64,000 nucleotides of DNA, from the NCBI RefSeq assembly GCF_009914755.1, contig NC_060928.1; one strand, given 5' to 3'. Of the stretch, positions 1-14,762 are shown piece by piece; within the stretch, counting starts at the first letter, position 1, and every line of letters starts with the position of its first letter. The position numbers and the translations under genes were made by a program. A model generated the notes under the pieces. The model saw only the letters and a list, made by a program, of their open reading frames with translations. It had not been told where the DNA came from and made no database searches. The DNA is from the human T2T-CHM13v2.0 reference genome, Homo sapiens.

Positions 1-85
1 AAAACCATCTTCAAAAATATACACTCTAAAATTCATGTCTTTTGGTTGTTCATATATTTTCCCTTCCCTGGCCTTCTATATTTAG

Positions 86-409
<324 letters not shown>

Positions 410-3400
410 TACGGTTAGGTTTTCTATGAGGTGAGGATATAAAATAAATGTGTGATAAAACACAATATATAGCTCAAAGCAAAGATGCACAAGCTTCCTA
501 CCATGTGGTATTTGATAGCAATCACCATTTATCCTATTCTTCTCAAGTATGCTGGCACGTCCATGCAAGAGCACTACCACTTGGGGGTGGGAGGCAGCAG
601 TGAATGTCTCAGCCACATCCCTCTACTCCTGTGGTTTTGCAGACACACTATGGCTACAGCTCCCCTCCTGGTGGCTGGGCTCAGCTGGGGACTCGCCAGT
701 TGCCTATACAAGTGTTTGGCTAGACCTCTGTGGAGAGCTGACAGTCTAAATACAGTCCCCTTCCCTAGACCACACTCTTGCCAGTGGCAGGCCCACACTT
801 CCGCTTTATGGGACACCCTCAGCTGGGTCTGTTTGTCAAGACTCACCTACAACCTTGTCTACTGAAGCCAGAGTGGCCTCTGCTCATCTCCCAGGGAAGC
901 TGAAGCCATATGGAGAACTGAAACGCTTTTCAGTTTTTCTTCTGACATCCTTACATAACAGTGGCAACCTTGCCCATTCTTTATACAGCCACGTGTAAGC
1001 TTCCAACACTATTCTTCATTTAAGGATGCACATGACATTGGTGAAACCAAACAGACATGTAGAGAAATGCTCAGTACAAGCCAAAGTAACCAGTACCTCC
1101 AGGGTTCCTTAGTCCCTTACTTACTTGAAATGTACAAGACCTTCCTGGAAGTAGACCCTGGACCACTGGCGCCACCTGTCAGCACAACACTGTGCTAGGC
1201 TCTTTAATAACAATTGCTCCGTCATGGCCATGCTCACCCGTGCCCAGGCAGTCTAAATTATTTAGAGGGAAATCCTCAGTTTGCCTTCTCCATCCTCTCC
1301 AAATCAGAAAGCAGCGGGCATCCCTTCTCTACCTATGCTCCAAGGAAGTCTGGCTGCAATGAGCACAGATTCACGTGTTTTCTTCCATCCAATCACAGGC
1401 ACATTCAACGTTACTGTCCCACCAGCTAATGAAAGTGAACTGCTATACATGGCATGCCTCATAACATGTGAGTTTTCTCTCAGGCTCATTCTAGCAATAT
1501 AGAAAAAGTTACAACATCAAAGTTGGTTACTAGTTGGATTCCCCAGAAATTTCACAAAAGCATCCTGAGGAGGTTGGCCCTTTGCTCAGCAGCAGTGGTT
1601 GTCATTCATTTACCGTAAGCCCAGCATTTTTGATGTGTCAGTGGCACTGTGGCTTCCAAGCTATGTGTGCTGTTTAACACCTGGTGATAGAGACTGGACT
1701 AGAAATTCTCAAGAACGTTGCTCTGGAAATGCAACCTGTGAATCCTGGGATCACTGTGACCTCCAGCAAATTCTATGGTCTTTCTTGCATCTAATCCTCA
1801 TTTTAACACACAGGCACTCCTCAGTAGCTAAGGTTGGGACTGCAATTCTACCACCTCCCCACAATCAGAGCCAGGTTTTTCTAAATAAAACCAAACTCCC
1901 TGCAACCACCACCCCCAATACTTCACAATATTTTAAAAAACAAAATGATTATTAAACACCAGTATAAAATCTATGCTCTGATTACCATCACTGGATAGGT
2001 ATTTCATTAATCAGAATTCTGAAAACTTCATATTCCACAAGAAGAAAACAGCTTTGTCAATGCTGGTAACTACCCTAACTTTTTGGGGTTTTGCACCCTG
2101 GCCTCTAAGACATTTTCTAAATAAAGTATCTGAAAAGATCTGAAAAAGTCAGGAAGCTTCACGAAATACATTTAAATGGTCAGAAAAGGTCTTAGTAGTC
2201 AGGTAAACTCACAAATCCCATCCTTCTCTCTTCCAACCAGTTTTTAAGTTCTCCTCTTAACTTGGAGTAAAAAGACGGTCCCTGGTGTAGCAATTTCAAC
2301 AGAAAGAGGAATATTATGCAGAGGATAAGTTCCCTGCTGTGAATGCCATGGCCCCAGCATCCCTTATCTCCAGGCACCTGCTGCAGTAGACACTGACAGC
2401 ATGGCAGCGCTCACGCCTGCAGTCCCTCTACCTGCAACTCTTCCCCATGCAGCTTTCTCTTGGGCACCTCCTGAGAGTCAACCCATGAAGGTCAGAGGTA
2501 AAGGGCATGAATGGCCATAGGAAGAGTCCTCACCTGGAATGAAAACAGGATATCCCAGGGGGCTGGGGGGTCTGAGTGTGCTCCTTGCTGGCTCCCAGCA
2601 GTCCCCAGTATCAGCTGCCTGCCGCAGGAGCTGCCTGGGAAGACACTGCCCTAACGGCTGCCCTTGCGTCTCATGGTCCAGTACCAAATATGAGGGCTGT
2701 TGGGCAAACCTCCCAACCAAATCACTACACTGAAAGCTCACCTGGGGACCTGCTTCTGGGGAAATCAGCCTGGTAATGTGAACCAGCCGGTACCCAGGCC
2801 AAGCAGAGACCTAAGGAAACTCTGCCCACTCCATTCTGAGGACAAATAGTGAAAGGTGTAGACCAGAAGCCATTCAAAAATTCCAAACTTCTACAATGAG
2901 TGAAGGTGGGAAAGGTTTGCAACTATCAAGGATTCCAAAATTTAATAACACTATAATTATTGCTATCAATTATTTAATGTTTAATTTTCTTTTGGTTGGG
3001 GGAGCAGCCTTCTCCATTGCTTTAAGATGGAAACACCTCTACTTCTCCATATGGTACAGGTAGTACCCCCAAATTTTCAACACCATCCCTTCAGGCATGA
3101 CACCTGACCAACCTTGTGCAGATTTTTCAAATACTCTGGTCTTAGCAATTATACGACTTTGGTCTAACTAAACCTAGGACTTGTGGGAGAGGGAGGGATG
3201 AGCATAGACATTCCCACTGGTTTGATAAGAGGTCAAGATCTGAGTCTGGAGCTGCTAACGGCCCTGTTGCTACAATCTGAAGAAGCCAACAGATGGGAAA
3301 CGAGAAAAATGGTGAGCCCCTGGATCCAGCCAAGCCTGAAATCCACCTCTAACTCTGGGCTGTTTGGATGCACAAACCAGTAAATATAGTGAGTTGGTGT

Positions 3401-3424
3401 CTATCACTTATCAGACCATTAAGA

Positions 3425-3555
3425 CCTTATAATCACCCTAGGAGGCAGTGTCATTGTTTCAGATGAGGAAACTCATGCACATAAAGATTAAGAAATTCGG
3501 CCAAGTTGTTGATTTTAATAAGTGGCCAGGATTTAAGTGTATCTTTCTGACTGAC
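3425..3555 (-). mobile_element. MIR fragment
   Basis: MIR core cagatgaggaaact. Confidence 0.6.
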
Positions 3556-3759
3556 ACAGTGGAGATTTACTAAAGGAACCAAGTAAATTTATAGCTAAAA
3601 TAATAGGAAAACAGGTAAACCAAACACACTGAAAAGTTGGCCATGATCAAGTTGAGTTGCTGGAGATAACTTTCTTTCAACTTCTCCATATGTTTGAAAA
3701 ACTAAGTTATTTTATGTGGTAACCCCCACCCTTCCAATTAGGCCTCAAAGTCACTGCCT

Positions 3760-4710
3760 CTCTGTCCTGGTCATCATCATCACCCTAGCCCAGGTTGTAA
3801 ACCACACAAGTTCTCACCTGTGTCCGATTCTCCATTTGAAGTGATCTTTTTAAACACAGACCTGATCAAGACTTTGCTCTGATTTAAACCTCAAAAAGAT
3901 CCACAGTCCCTCAGAAGGAAGTTCAGGTGCGTTAAGGTAACTTCCAAGGATACCCGTGGTCCCAGCCTTGCCCACCTTTCCTTCACCAACTCTCACTTCC
4001 CATCTGCTCAACACCTTCCCTTAACACTCACCCTGTCTCTCTTCATTTATACCAGTCATACTGCAAGATGTTTCTAGAAAGGGTATTTCCTCTCACCTCT
4101 AGACCTCTGCACTTGGGATTCCCTGTCCTGAACGCATCTCAATCTCCAACTCACAACTTCACCTCCATCCCTCTTCACCCACGTATCCTTGAGGCCTTGG
4201 GTGAAACTCCATTCCTTCCTCCAGAAAAATACCTGTGAATGCTGGGCGCATTGGCTCACGCCTATAATCCCAGCACTTTGGGAGGCCGAGGCAGGTGGAT
4301 CACCTGAGATCAGGAGTTCGAGACCAGCCTGGCCAACATGGTGAAACCCCGTCTCTACTAAAAATACAAAAATTAGCCAGGCGTGATGGCGCACACCTGT
4401 AGTCCCAGCTACTCAGGAGGCTGAGGCTTGAACCCAGGAGGCAGAGGCTGCAGTGCCGAGATCACACCACTGCACTCCAGCTTGGCGACAGATCAAGACT
4501 CCGTCTCAAAAAAAAAAAACTTGTGAACAACAGCACTCTGCGCCCTGTCCTGTGGCATCTTTTATCACGCTGTACCAAGTGCACCTCAGTTACTTCAACT
4601 GTCCTCACTGAGAGACCACAGGTTCCACAAGAGCAGGCTCTGCTCCACTCAGCGAGGGGGTGACACACAATATAGAGTGTGTGGATGGATATGTTCATGG
4701 ACGAAAGAAT
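3760..4710 (+). mobile_element. L2 3' fragment interrupted by an Alu
   Basis: gtgatctttttaaacacagacctgatca... resembles the L2a 3' region. Confidence 0.6.
4241..4519 (+). mobile_element. AluS with small internal deletions
   Basis: Alu consensus and poly-A tail. Confidence 0.93.
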
Positions 4711-5749
4711 ACACCAAGGCTAGGAGACAGAATTACATTAACCTTTCTATAAAAATATTTTTAGTAAGTTATGGTTGGCTACAAAATTACAAGCCTGTTC
4801 ATAAAGCCAGATAACGTGGAGAATGCGGTATCTCATTACTAATCATTTCCATTTCTCCATAAAAGTAGACAGTCATGACATCTGTAGTTGACCTTCGAAT
4901 AATTCACCAAACATATGTAAGCATATTCCAATATAGAAGAAAAAATGATGGCATATTCTTAATAATTACTGAATTGTTGAACTGGGTAAGTAAATTGGTA
5001 ATATGAAAGATTATGGCATTGCCCTTTCAATTCTTCCGTATGTTTAAAATTCTTCATAATCAAATGTTTGATCCCCAGCATTTTAAGTCCCAGGAGGTAC
5101 AGTTAATCATCAGGACTGACTTATTAGTTCCTATCTCCCTCCCTGCAACTCCCCAACTGACCCTCATTTCAACAAGATAAGATTATTTTATGAAAAAATT
5201 CAACCTGTATGTTTTTGACTTGTTTTGCATAAGCTAAAAAGCTCTGTAAATAGAAATATATAATGTCAGTTCCATTTTTTAAAAACACACGTTTCCCTTT
5301 TCAGATTTTAAACAGCATCTACAACAGGAACTGAGTTAGTTAGCTAAAGCAGTACATCAATTTGGAGTCAATGATGAACTGCATATGTTTCTACAAAATA
5401 CCTCTCATGAATAACTGAGCACTGTAATATGATTTAAAGATGTACGTTTTCTTTAATAAAAAATTCTTGACATATTATATAACATTTAATAATAGCCATA
5501 TTAATCAAGCATTGCCAAAAGATATTTATAGTCAGATTCTCTCATTTAACATCCCCTTTTTCCCCCACCAACCCACAGCTTCCCTAGTAAACAGGAGTCT
5601 GACTTCAGGATGTATGGCTAAATCTGAATACATTGGATCATTAAAGCATAAATGAAAAAAGCACAATAATTGCTTAAATAGAACTAAAGGAATATTTTAA
5701 GTTCTTGGTAAAAGAACTACCTCCTATAGGAAAGAACATGAAGTATACC

Positions 5750-6130
5750 AGGTAAGATGCCTTTAACTACAAGTATCAGAACCTTCAACTCAAAATGGCT
5801 TGAACAATCACAAAAGTAATTATCTGGCATTACAGGAAATCAAGAAGTCAGGCCTTTGTGGTAGGTTCCACGCATCTCTCAGATCCACCATCCTCAGAAT
5901 GTAACTGTGCCTTCAGGCTGAGCCTATGGTATCCCAGGTTCAGAAATCACCTCCAACCACAAAGTCATAAAAAGGAACAGACTTTCTTCTCGTACCTCTC
6001 CTTAAAAGCTAGGAAATCCTTCTCCAAACCCCACAGCAGGCTGCTCTGCTCCTCATCTCTTACTGACTAGGACAGACTCTGTCAATAGCTGGAAGAGATG
6101 CTGAATTACCTTAGCGGCCTAGGGGTAGGA
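5750..6130 (-). mobile_element. Old MaLR (MLT1-type) LTR fragment
   Basis: caactcaaaatggcttgaacaa... resembles an MLT1 end; highly diverged. Confidence 0.45.
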
Positions 6131-6279
6131 TTAACATTGGAAAGTCAAACACACTGACCAGTAGGCAACTGTAGTGTCAGCAGTGAAGAGAATATGGGGG
6201 AGGTATGTCACTAAATACTGGTAACAAAATATATAGCACAATACAAGAATGTCAATTCCATAAAACGAAGACAGAGATG

Positions 6280-6578
6280 GGACTCGGTGCGGTGGTTCAC
6301 ACATCTGTAATCCCAGCACTTTGGGAGGCTGAGGCGGACAGATCACTTGACGTCAGGAGTTTGAGACCAGCCTGGCCAACATGGTGAAACCCCATCTCTA
6401 CCCAAAATACAAAAATTAGCTGGGTGTGGTGGCACACACCTGTAATCCCAGCTGCTTGGGTGGCTGAGACAGGAGAATCGCTTGAACTTGGGAGGTGGAA
6501 GTTGCAGGAAGCCAAGATCATGCCACCACACTCCAGCTTGGGCAACAGAGTAAGACTCTGTCTCAAAAAAAAAAAAAA
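6280..6578 (+). mobile_element. AluS
   Basis: Alu consensus; TSD aagacagagatgg / aagatagagatgg. Confidence 0.93.
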
Positions 6579-7039
6579 GATAGAGATGGAAGAAGGAAGG
6601 AAGGAAGGCTATAGACTAGTGAACACATGGATGATGGATATAAAAGTCTCAGTGCTAAAAACAATCTAAAAAAGGTATCTATCAAAAAACCAAGAGGAAA
6701 ATTTATAGGAAGTATAAATTTTAGATAATTCCATCTTCTAATAATAATGTTTTTTAGCAAGTAGGCCAACAGGGACTATTATTATGCAAGTTTAGCAGCC
6801 TAACAGTATGAGACCTATAAGATCAAGGATCCAAAACATCAATTACCTGGGGAAAAAAAAAGACCCCTTGGTTGATGTGACAGAAGGGCCTATGTACTCT
6901 TCCTGCAGATGTCTGCTCACTTCCCTCCCTCACCTCCCTCTGTTCTGTGCTTTCCTCCTGGAGGAGGTGTCCCTGCACACTCTACTGAAAACCGAGGACA
7001 CCCTCAACCCACAGAGAGCCCCCTCCTAATTGGTTTTGC

Positions 7040-7860
7040 TCCATGGCACTTACCACAATCTATCATCTTCTTTACTTGTCTGAATCGTTTCATTTATTGT
7101 CTATTTTCTCAATCACTAGACTGTTAAGTTACATGAGGCAGAGAGTGTACACTACTTGTCTTCTTCACTTGAAAAATGTCCAACACACAGTAACTCTCAA
7201 TCACTTCATTGAATGAATGAATCCTCACTGTATTTATCGGACCAACTGGTGCTTGACCCACACCCACTTCTTCCCACACTATGCTTTCTCCTAGACAATC
7301 TCATCACCATCTACAGCTTTAAGTCCCTAGACTCAAATTTGTAACTCCAGCCCAAACATACCACTTCTTTGAGTTCTCAATGTCTCCATGTGGAAGCCTA
7401 ACAGCCATCTCAAAAGTCAACCTATCCCACATTCAGTGTGGCACAGGATACCGTAATCTCTGCCTTCACAAAACCCCAGGGGATTCTGATGCACATGAAG
7501 TTTGATAACCATGGTCTAGTCTAGGGCACTGGTCTCTAAACAGAGTATGAGCTTTAAATTACCTGAGACCTGACACGGCTCCCTGCTTCCACCCCATCCC
7601 AAACCATCTCATCCAGCATGAGCAAGGTTCTGTCTTCAAAGTCTTTCTAAATTTCATCCCATTCCACCACAAACTCGCAGACATTCACAGTGCTGGCACT
7701 CCCAAACTTGGTATCCTCTTACACATTTTCTTTATCCACAGTACTTGAGATTTGCTTACTATGTATATCCTATGTTTCTCCCCATTACTGCATATGTTCC
7801 ATAAACCCCAAGCCTAGCACAGTGTGCGCACCTTAAATGTTTGTTGAATAAATTTAAATC
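7040..7860 (+). mobile_element. L2 3' fragments with an embedded MER5-like piece (~7440-7570)
   Basis: L2 end motifs (actagactgttaag, tgaatgaatga, aatgtttgttgaata). Confidence 0.55.
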
Positions 7861-8499
7861 AGCTACATGGAAAAGACTCATTACCTGTTGAGGCAATACT
7901 TGCACCAAACCTTCATATTAAGCTAACCATCTTTTTACGATTTTAATTAATATGATACAATACATATGCATCAGTTATCTACTGCATAGACTTCTAAAAT
8001 AAAGCAAACTATGTTCAAAAAGGTGAACCAAAACTAGAAAACTAGCTTCCAAGACACCATCAGGATTTAGTTACTTTGTCATAAAAAATAAAACCCCAAA
8101 TCCAAGCTCCTAAATTAAAAAAAAAAAAAAAATCAACCTAAATATTCCTATGAAAATAAAGCACACACACACACTGCTATCTTCCTACATGGGGCAAGAT
8201 CAGAAACAAACAATGGGTCATGTTCATTAGTTCAACGGAGCCAGCTCTTACTATCTCAGCCCACTCTCCCCACCTTACCCTACAAAATCCTAACCTTTAT
8301 TCTGTATGACTTGGCTCCTATAATTTCAAGGCCACAGCTTTGAAATTCTGACCTTGGTGTGAGTAATTCCTTGTTCTGCCAACCGTCTTTTACACCATAC
8401 CCTATCTGCTGTATTTTCAAGTCGTCCGGTTATTCTGTTCTCATCTTCAGGACTCTCTAACTAGGCAAATCTGAATGGCAAACATGTTATTTGGCCAGT

Positions 8500-8800
8500 T
8501 GTGTCTCTTAGGTGGAATTCTCCCAGACAAGGGTGAAAATAATGGCTTTACTCAGGGGGTGACCCCAGAATGCACCAGCAGAAAAGTGGGAAGTGAGAAA
8601 AGAGAATGATGTCCAACAAGGTGAGCTGCTGAAGACGTTACCACTGAGGTACCTGAGACTCAGTCCCTGGGGACTCTGAGGCCAGTGGAGAAGGCACCTC
8701 AGGGCGGCCCCACCTGACAGGTGAGGCAGGCAGGGTAGTTATCCACCATCTGCTATCGGTCGCTGGTTGAGGGTTGCTGAAAGCAGGAGTGGGTGGATGG
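8500..8800. mobile_element. ERVL-type LTR fragment (LTR33-like)
   Basis: gggaagtgaga...ttaccactg...ggttgagggttgct resembles the recalled LTR33 consensus. Confidence 0.5.
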
Positions 8801-8977
8801 GGTGGCTTCCACCCCAGTACCGGAGCCAAGAATGTTCTCAGGCTTTCATTTGGAAGACATAGGAGAGACGCACAGGAACAGTCAGTGCTGAAGGAATAAA
8901 GTCTGCTCCTCCAGAGGAGCAGGGAGCACCGAGTGTCTCCCTCCCAGGGCCAGAGCAGAGCAGCTAAGAGCCCAGCC

Positions 8978-9260
8978 TTTATTATCCTTAGCAAACTAAC
9001 ACAGGAACAGAAAACCAACTACCTTATGTTCCCACTTATAAGGGGGAGCTAAATGATAAGAACTTATGAACACAAAGAAGGAAACAACAGAGGCTGGGGC
9101 CTACTTGAGCGGGGAAGATGGGAGGAGGGAGAGAAGCAGAATAGATAACTTTTGGGTACTGGGCTTAATACCTGAGTGATGAAATAATAGGTACAACAAA
9201 CCCTCATGACACGTAACAAACCTCTTTAAAATAAAATAAAAGAAGTATAAATGGGTAAAA
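8978..9260 (+). mobile_element. 5'-truncated L1 (L1P) 3' end with TSD
   Basis: L1 3'UTR sequence; TSD AAGAGCCCAGCC at 8966-8977 and 9261-9272. Confidence 0.85.
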
Positions 9261-10332
9261 AAGAGCCCAGCCCTTTCATCACTTTTTCTTTCTTTCTAAA
9301 GTGGGCTGCTCTCCCACAAAAACAGCATGGGAGGCAGGTCCCAACTGGGCATGCATGCCCCCGCCACACACTGTCAGACTGAGGCCAGGACTCCGGTCTG
9401 GACCTTGATGTGTGTGTACTTTGGATGTGCTGAGCTTAGGGGCAGTGTAGATAAAGATGTTCTCTAACACAAGAGGCCCAGGTCCCAGGGTCAACACTCG
9501 GTTTTCACACTGAAGTCCCCACTAATAAAATGGTCTTTCAAAGTCCCTTATCTGTATATTTATCTCTGTGGTCCCAACAAAGGAGTGAGGAAGTATTTTG
9601 GGATTCGTGAATAAACATACCCCTGGCTGAAAACAATCACAGCACCTTGGTATCACCCAAAATGGCTAATTAATTTGTTTCTAACATGTACAGAGATTTG
9701 TTAGCTTTAAATGGCTGAAAATAAGGTCAAAGACAAGGGAAATTAAGAAATAGATGCAAAAAGGGTAGTAATTCACACCACAGCACAGAACATTAGCTAT
9801 GCTGTCTATACTTTTTATGGTGTGCATGAACAGCCACATCAATCTTAGGTGCCAAAAATAAAATGTGTTTCTAAACACAACAGACACTATTTATAAACTA
9901 CGAGTGCCTGCCATCCTTCCTTTTGGAAAGGGAAGACCACACTAATGCCTTTCATTATCAACTAAGCACATACTAAATGCCTGACACTGTGTTATATGCA
10001 AATGGTATCTGTCAACCCAGTAACTTTTCTTTGCAGGGAACAGAAAACATAATAGGAATGTACTGTCTCACACAATGATTCAAGGCAGTCTTGCTTCGAC
10101 AGGTCCTCCCAGGCTTCCTGTCTGCTTTCCTGATAGTCCCAAATGTCCATTCCTGAACCAGCAGTGACCATGGAATGTGTATGAAGGACCGCCCTTAGCT
10201 TAGGCAGGCCTAAAGCCAAGGGTGTGATCAGCATACACTAAAGCACATGGACGACATGGAACATGATAGGAATATTGAAATAAAGTGCTACTACCGTGCC
10301 AAGAACATTTAAAAATATTCCTGTGTGTTTCT

Positions 10333-10369
10333 GTATATATATATATACACACAAACACACACACACACG
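10333..10369. repeat. (TA)n(CA)n microsatellite
   Basis: Read directly. Confidence 0.85.
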
Positions 10370-10909
10370 TATATAACCTAACTTAAAGACATCTGATCTA
10401 AATGAAAAGAACAGAGACACGCATAAAGAAATGAAGAACACTAGATCATATATATTTACATACACATCAGGAACCTAAGTAATGAAGTCCTGTGCGAGTT
10501 CAATCACAGGAGAAGCCTCTAAGGTGAAAGAGTCAAGAAAAGGCCACGCAGAGAAGTGGAGAAAGTGAAGCTGAGCAAAGAGAATTGAGAAAAATGAGGA
10601 CAGTGTGTTATTCCACAGAAACGGAGACATCTTACAGTGTAGCTCCCTTATGTATTGTGAAATTTTATCCTAAATGCATGAGTTAACAGGGTATTTGAAA
10701 TGTGATCTCGGTACAGCGTTCAGAATACAAGTAAATTAAATGTCCATTATCTGAAACTCACCAAAGCAAAAATGAGTGCTACCTGTAACACATCATAAGC
10801 AAAACTAGACCTAATTGCTAAGAAAAATATATATTTACAAATATATCACATTTAAAGACATCTGAATAAAATATCAAAGTTTATACTAGTGTTTTTCCCC
10901 TTGACATCA

Positions 10910-11119
10910 CATCCTCGCTTCTGTTTTCGCCATGTGACATGCAAGTTTGGCCTTCCACCATGATTGTAAGCTTCCTGAGGCCTCCTTAGAAGCCGAGCAG
11001 ATGCCAGCTCCATGCTTCCTGTACAGCCTGCGGAATCGTAAACCAATTAAACTTCTTTTCTTTATAAATTACCCCAGTATCAGGTATTTCTCTATAGCAA
11101 TGCAAGAATGGCCTAACAT
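10910..11119 (+). mobile_element. MST-type MaLR LTR 3' part
   Basis: ccatgattgtaagcttcctgaggcctcc...tttataaattacccca...atagcaatgcaagaatggcctaaca. Confidence 0.8.
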
Positions 11120-11284
11120 GGCATACATATTTCAGGATATAGAATTTCAACACAGCATCAATGCTTTAAACTAGCATACTTAAAGTCAACAAAGTATGGT
11201 CCATGACCTCTGGTATAAGTAAAGATTTACTGGAAGACATCCACGTCGATTCATTTATCATTCCTAAGTATTGTCTTATGCAAT

Positions 11285-11400
11285 ACTCATTGGCTTATTA
11301 TCTAAGGCTGCATTCACACTTCAACGGCAGAGGTGAGTCACTTGTGGCCAGCTGTGAAAACGCAATTTACTTACTATCTGGCCCTTTACAGAATTTAGTT
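11285..11400. mobile_element. MER58-like hAT fragment
   Basis: tactatctggccctttacagaa end motif. Confidence 0.5.
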
Positions 11401-11567
11401 ACTTCTTTTTTAAAATAAAGTTCTTAAAATTTTTCATTAAAAAATGTTAGAAAAACTCAATTTTTATTTTGAATAGCTGGGAATTTAGTCACAGATTTAC
11501 AATGAAGATTTACAATGAAAATGCATTAAACAAAATAATAATGAGATGATAATTAAAGAATACTCAC

Positions 11568-11639
11568 AATCTTTCAAGGAGACTTAACCCAGAAAATGAG
11601 CCATTCTTCAGCTCGGATATCTTATTGTTACTCAGAATC
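11568..11639 (-). CDS. ADGRA3: ADGRA3 coding exon 2 (one leucine-rich repeat, 72 nt, phase 2-2)
   Basis: Acceptor ttttttag|G and donor ATT|GTGAGT. Reads (L)ILSNNKISELKNGSFSGLSLLER(L), a typical LxxNxIxxLxxxxFxxLxxLxxL repeat. Joins exon 1 in frame (CT|G = Leu). Confidence 0.96.
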
Positions 11640-12434
11640 CTAAAAAATACCAAAAAAATAATAAGTTGCCTAATATACACTACCAATATCAAAGTAATTT
11701 AGCTTATTATGTTTAAACCTATGAGAAATTCTAAGACATCATTTATTAGCCAGAATGTTTGAGATGGCTGAAAAAAAGTGAGTGTCTTCCCCTTTCTCTG
11801 AGAAACCAACTATTTAAAGTAGTTTACTCATGCATCTTGTCACATCTAAATTATTTCTATCACACATAATCAAAACTTTAAGAGAGAAAAGTCAATATGT
11901 AATAGCTCTAAGTTCAACATAAGCATAAACAATACCATAGCATGTACATTTATATAATTAATCATATTATGCAAGTTGAATACACATTTTTAAAATGGAA
12001 ACTTAGCAGAAAAATGCATAACCTATGATCTTGTAAAATACTGACTTTATAAAGAAATAAGGTATCTTCTAGACATCATTTCAATAAGACTGAATACTAT
12101 TTGTAATTTAACAATATACAAATCTACTGTCCATTTGTGTAAAAATATGCTTTTCACATGCACTCACAGACAAACACAGGCAGCTGAATCATAATATATC
12201 TCATGCTTTTGGGCAATGTTTATCAAAATTAAATTGAAAACAAAAACTGACTCAAAGAAGTCATAGTTGCGCCTATCCCAAAGGTCGGACTTGCCTGAGA
12301 AGAGACTTCATATTATCTGGCACTCTTTCTAGGCTTTGTAACTTTATGTAGCTTTTGGAGCCTGAATATCAATAATGAGCATCCATGAATGAGGTGAAAA
12401 TGCTAGTTATCTGAATTGGGGAGTGGGAATATCA

Positions 12435-13040
12435 AGGTAAGAAAATGAGAAAACCAAGGCACAAAAGAGTTAAGTAAAGGGCCCAAGATTACACTAGCCA
12501 ATGGCAGACCCAGATTTTGTACCCAGGAGTTCCTACTCCAAACGCCAAGTTCTTCAACATACACTAATGTTGGTCACGAGGCACACTACAGGCATCTGGG
12601 ACAGAAAATTCTCCATCACACACAGCATTGCATAACTTTCAGGGGCACCCTTCACAATGGGTACAGTGTGAGCTAGTGTTTTTTGAGACAATGCAACACA
12701 GCACTTCTTTGTATATACAAATGTAAATGGAGCATACCTCTGGATCAGAAGATTTTAGGTATTATTATTTTGTCTAAAAACAACTTGGATTCCTGGTATT
12801 AATACAAAACAGCCATTTGGCATCTGATTTTCTTTTATCTAAGTGAAATTTTAAAATCCCTGCAGATTAACATATCAGAGCCTTTTCTTTTAGGAATTCC
12901 TAAAGTGAAGCATAACTGGGTTTCGACTCCAGCTCTATCCCTTTCAAGTTATGTTGACTTTAGGCGAGTCACACTTCCTCTCAGTAACAGAGTTCCATTA
13001 TTGATAAAATGGGAAGAATAAAATCTACCTCACGAACAGT
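12435..13040. mobile_element. Two MIR fragments (~12435-12570 minus; ~12915-13040 plus)
   Basis: MIR core similarity. Confidence 0.5.
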
Positions 13041-13148
13041 AGAAGGAATTAGAAAAACCATGACATACTCAATGAGCATCCATTAAGTTTCAAATTCTGT
13101 TTCCTTGGTTCTAAGACACAGATCCTCCCTCATTTCAATGTTTTCTGA

Positions 13149-13742
<594 letters not shown>

Positions 13743-14462
13743 AATGTTTTCTGAAGTCCAGATGTATCTTACAATCCAAGTATATTACTGGATTGTATTC
13801 TGTCCCTCCACCACCCGACAAAGCTATTTGTTAGTTACTAAAGCAAGGATAAGTCTTCAATCATTGGAATGAAGAAAACATGGTGACCAAAAACATTCCG
13901 ATTAAAATACAATTTCCTCTCATCAAAACCACAAAGGATTTGTTGTTGTTGTTTTTAAAAAGCAGTTAGCACAGGCAAAACAGAATTGAGACTCACATAT
14001 GGACTCAAAGCTCACTTCCGGAACAAGATTTCCCAAGCAGCCCGGCAGAGCATACCAAGAGCCTATGACCCTAGCTATCCCAAACAGTATCCATCCTGAG
14101 CCGGCACTCACCAAACTGACAAAAGGTATTTCCAGCGACTTTATGTCAGCATGATGTAAAACAGACAAAAATCGGAAACTCCCAAAGAGGTCAGTTATAA
14201 GAAGAGTTAAACAAATTATAATACATCCAAACAACAAAATTGTATGCCTCCAATAAAAATGATTCTTTCAAAGGAAACCTGATGAAGAGAAAAATGCTTA
14301 CAAGCTTTTAAAAAGCAAACATCAAAACTGATATCCTTGATTGACAATATATTTCTGACTCTGTATAGTCAAAAATAATAATAATTGGGAAGAAAACATC
14401 AAAATGATCGCTATTTTAGTGATGAGGTTTCTATTAATTTATTCTTTTTGGGTTTTTCTGTT

Positions 14463-14762
<300 letters not shown>

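Noticed and set aside
485-865. 126-aa ORF as a possible exon or pseudogene
   Set aside because: No recognisable domain, LRR pattern or matching splice-site pair.
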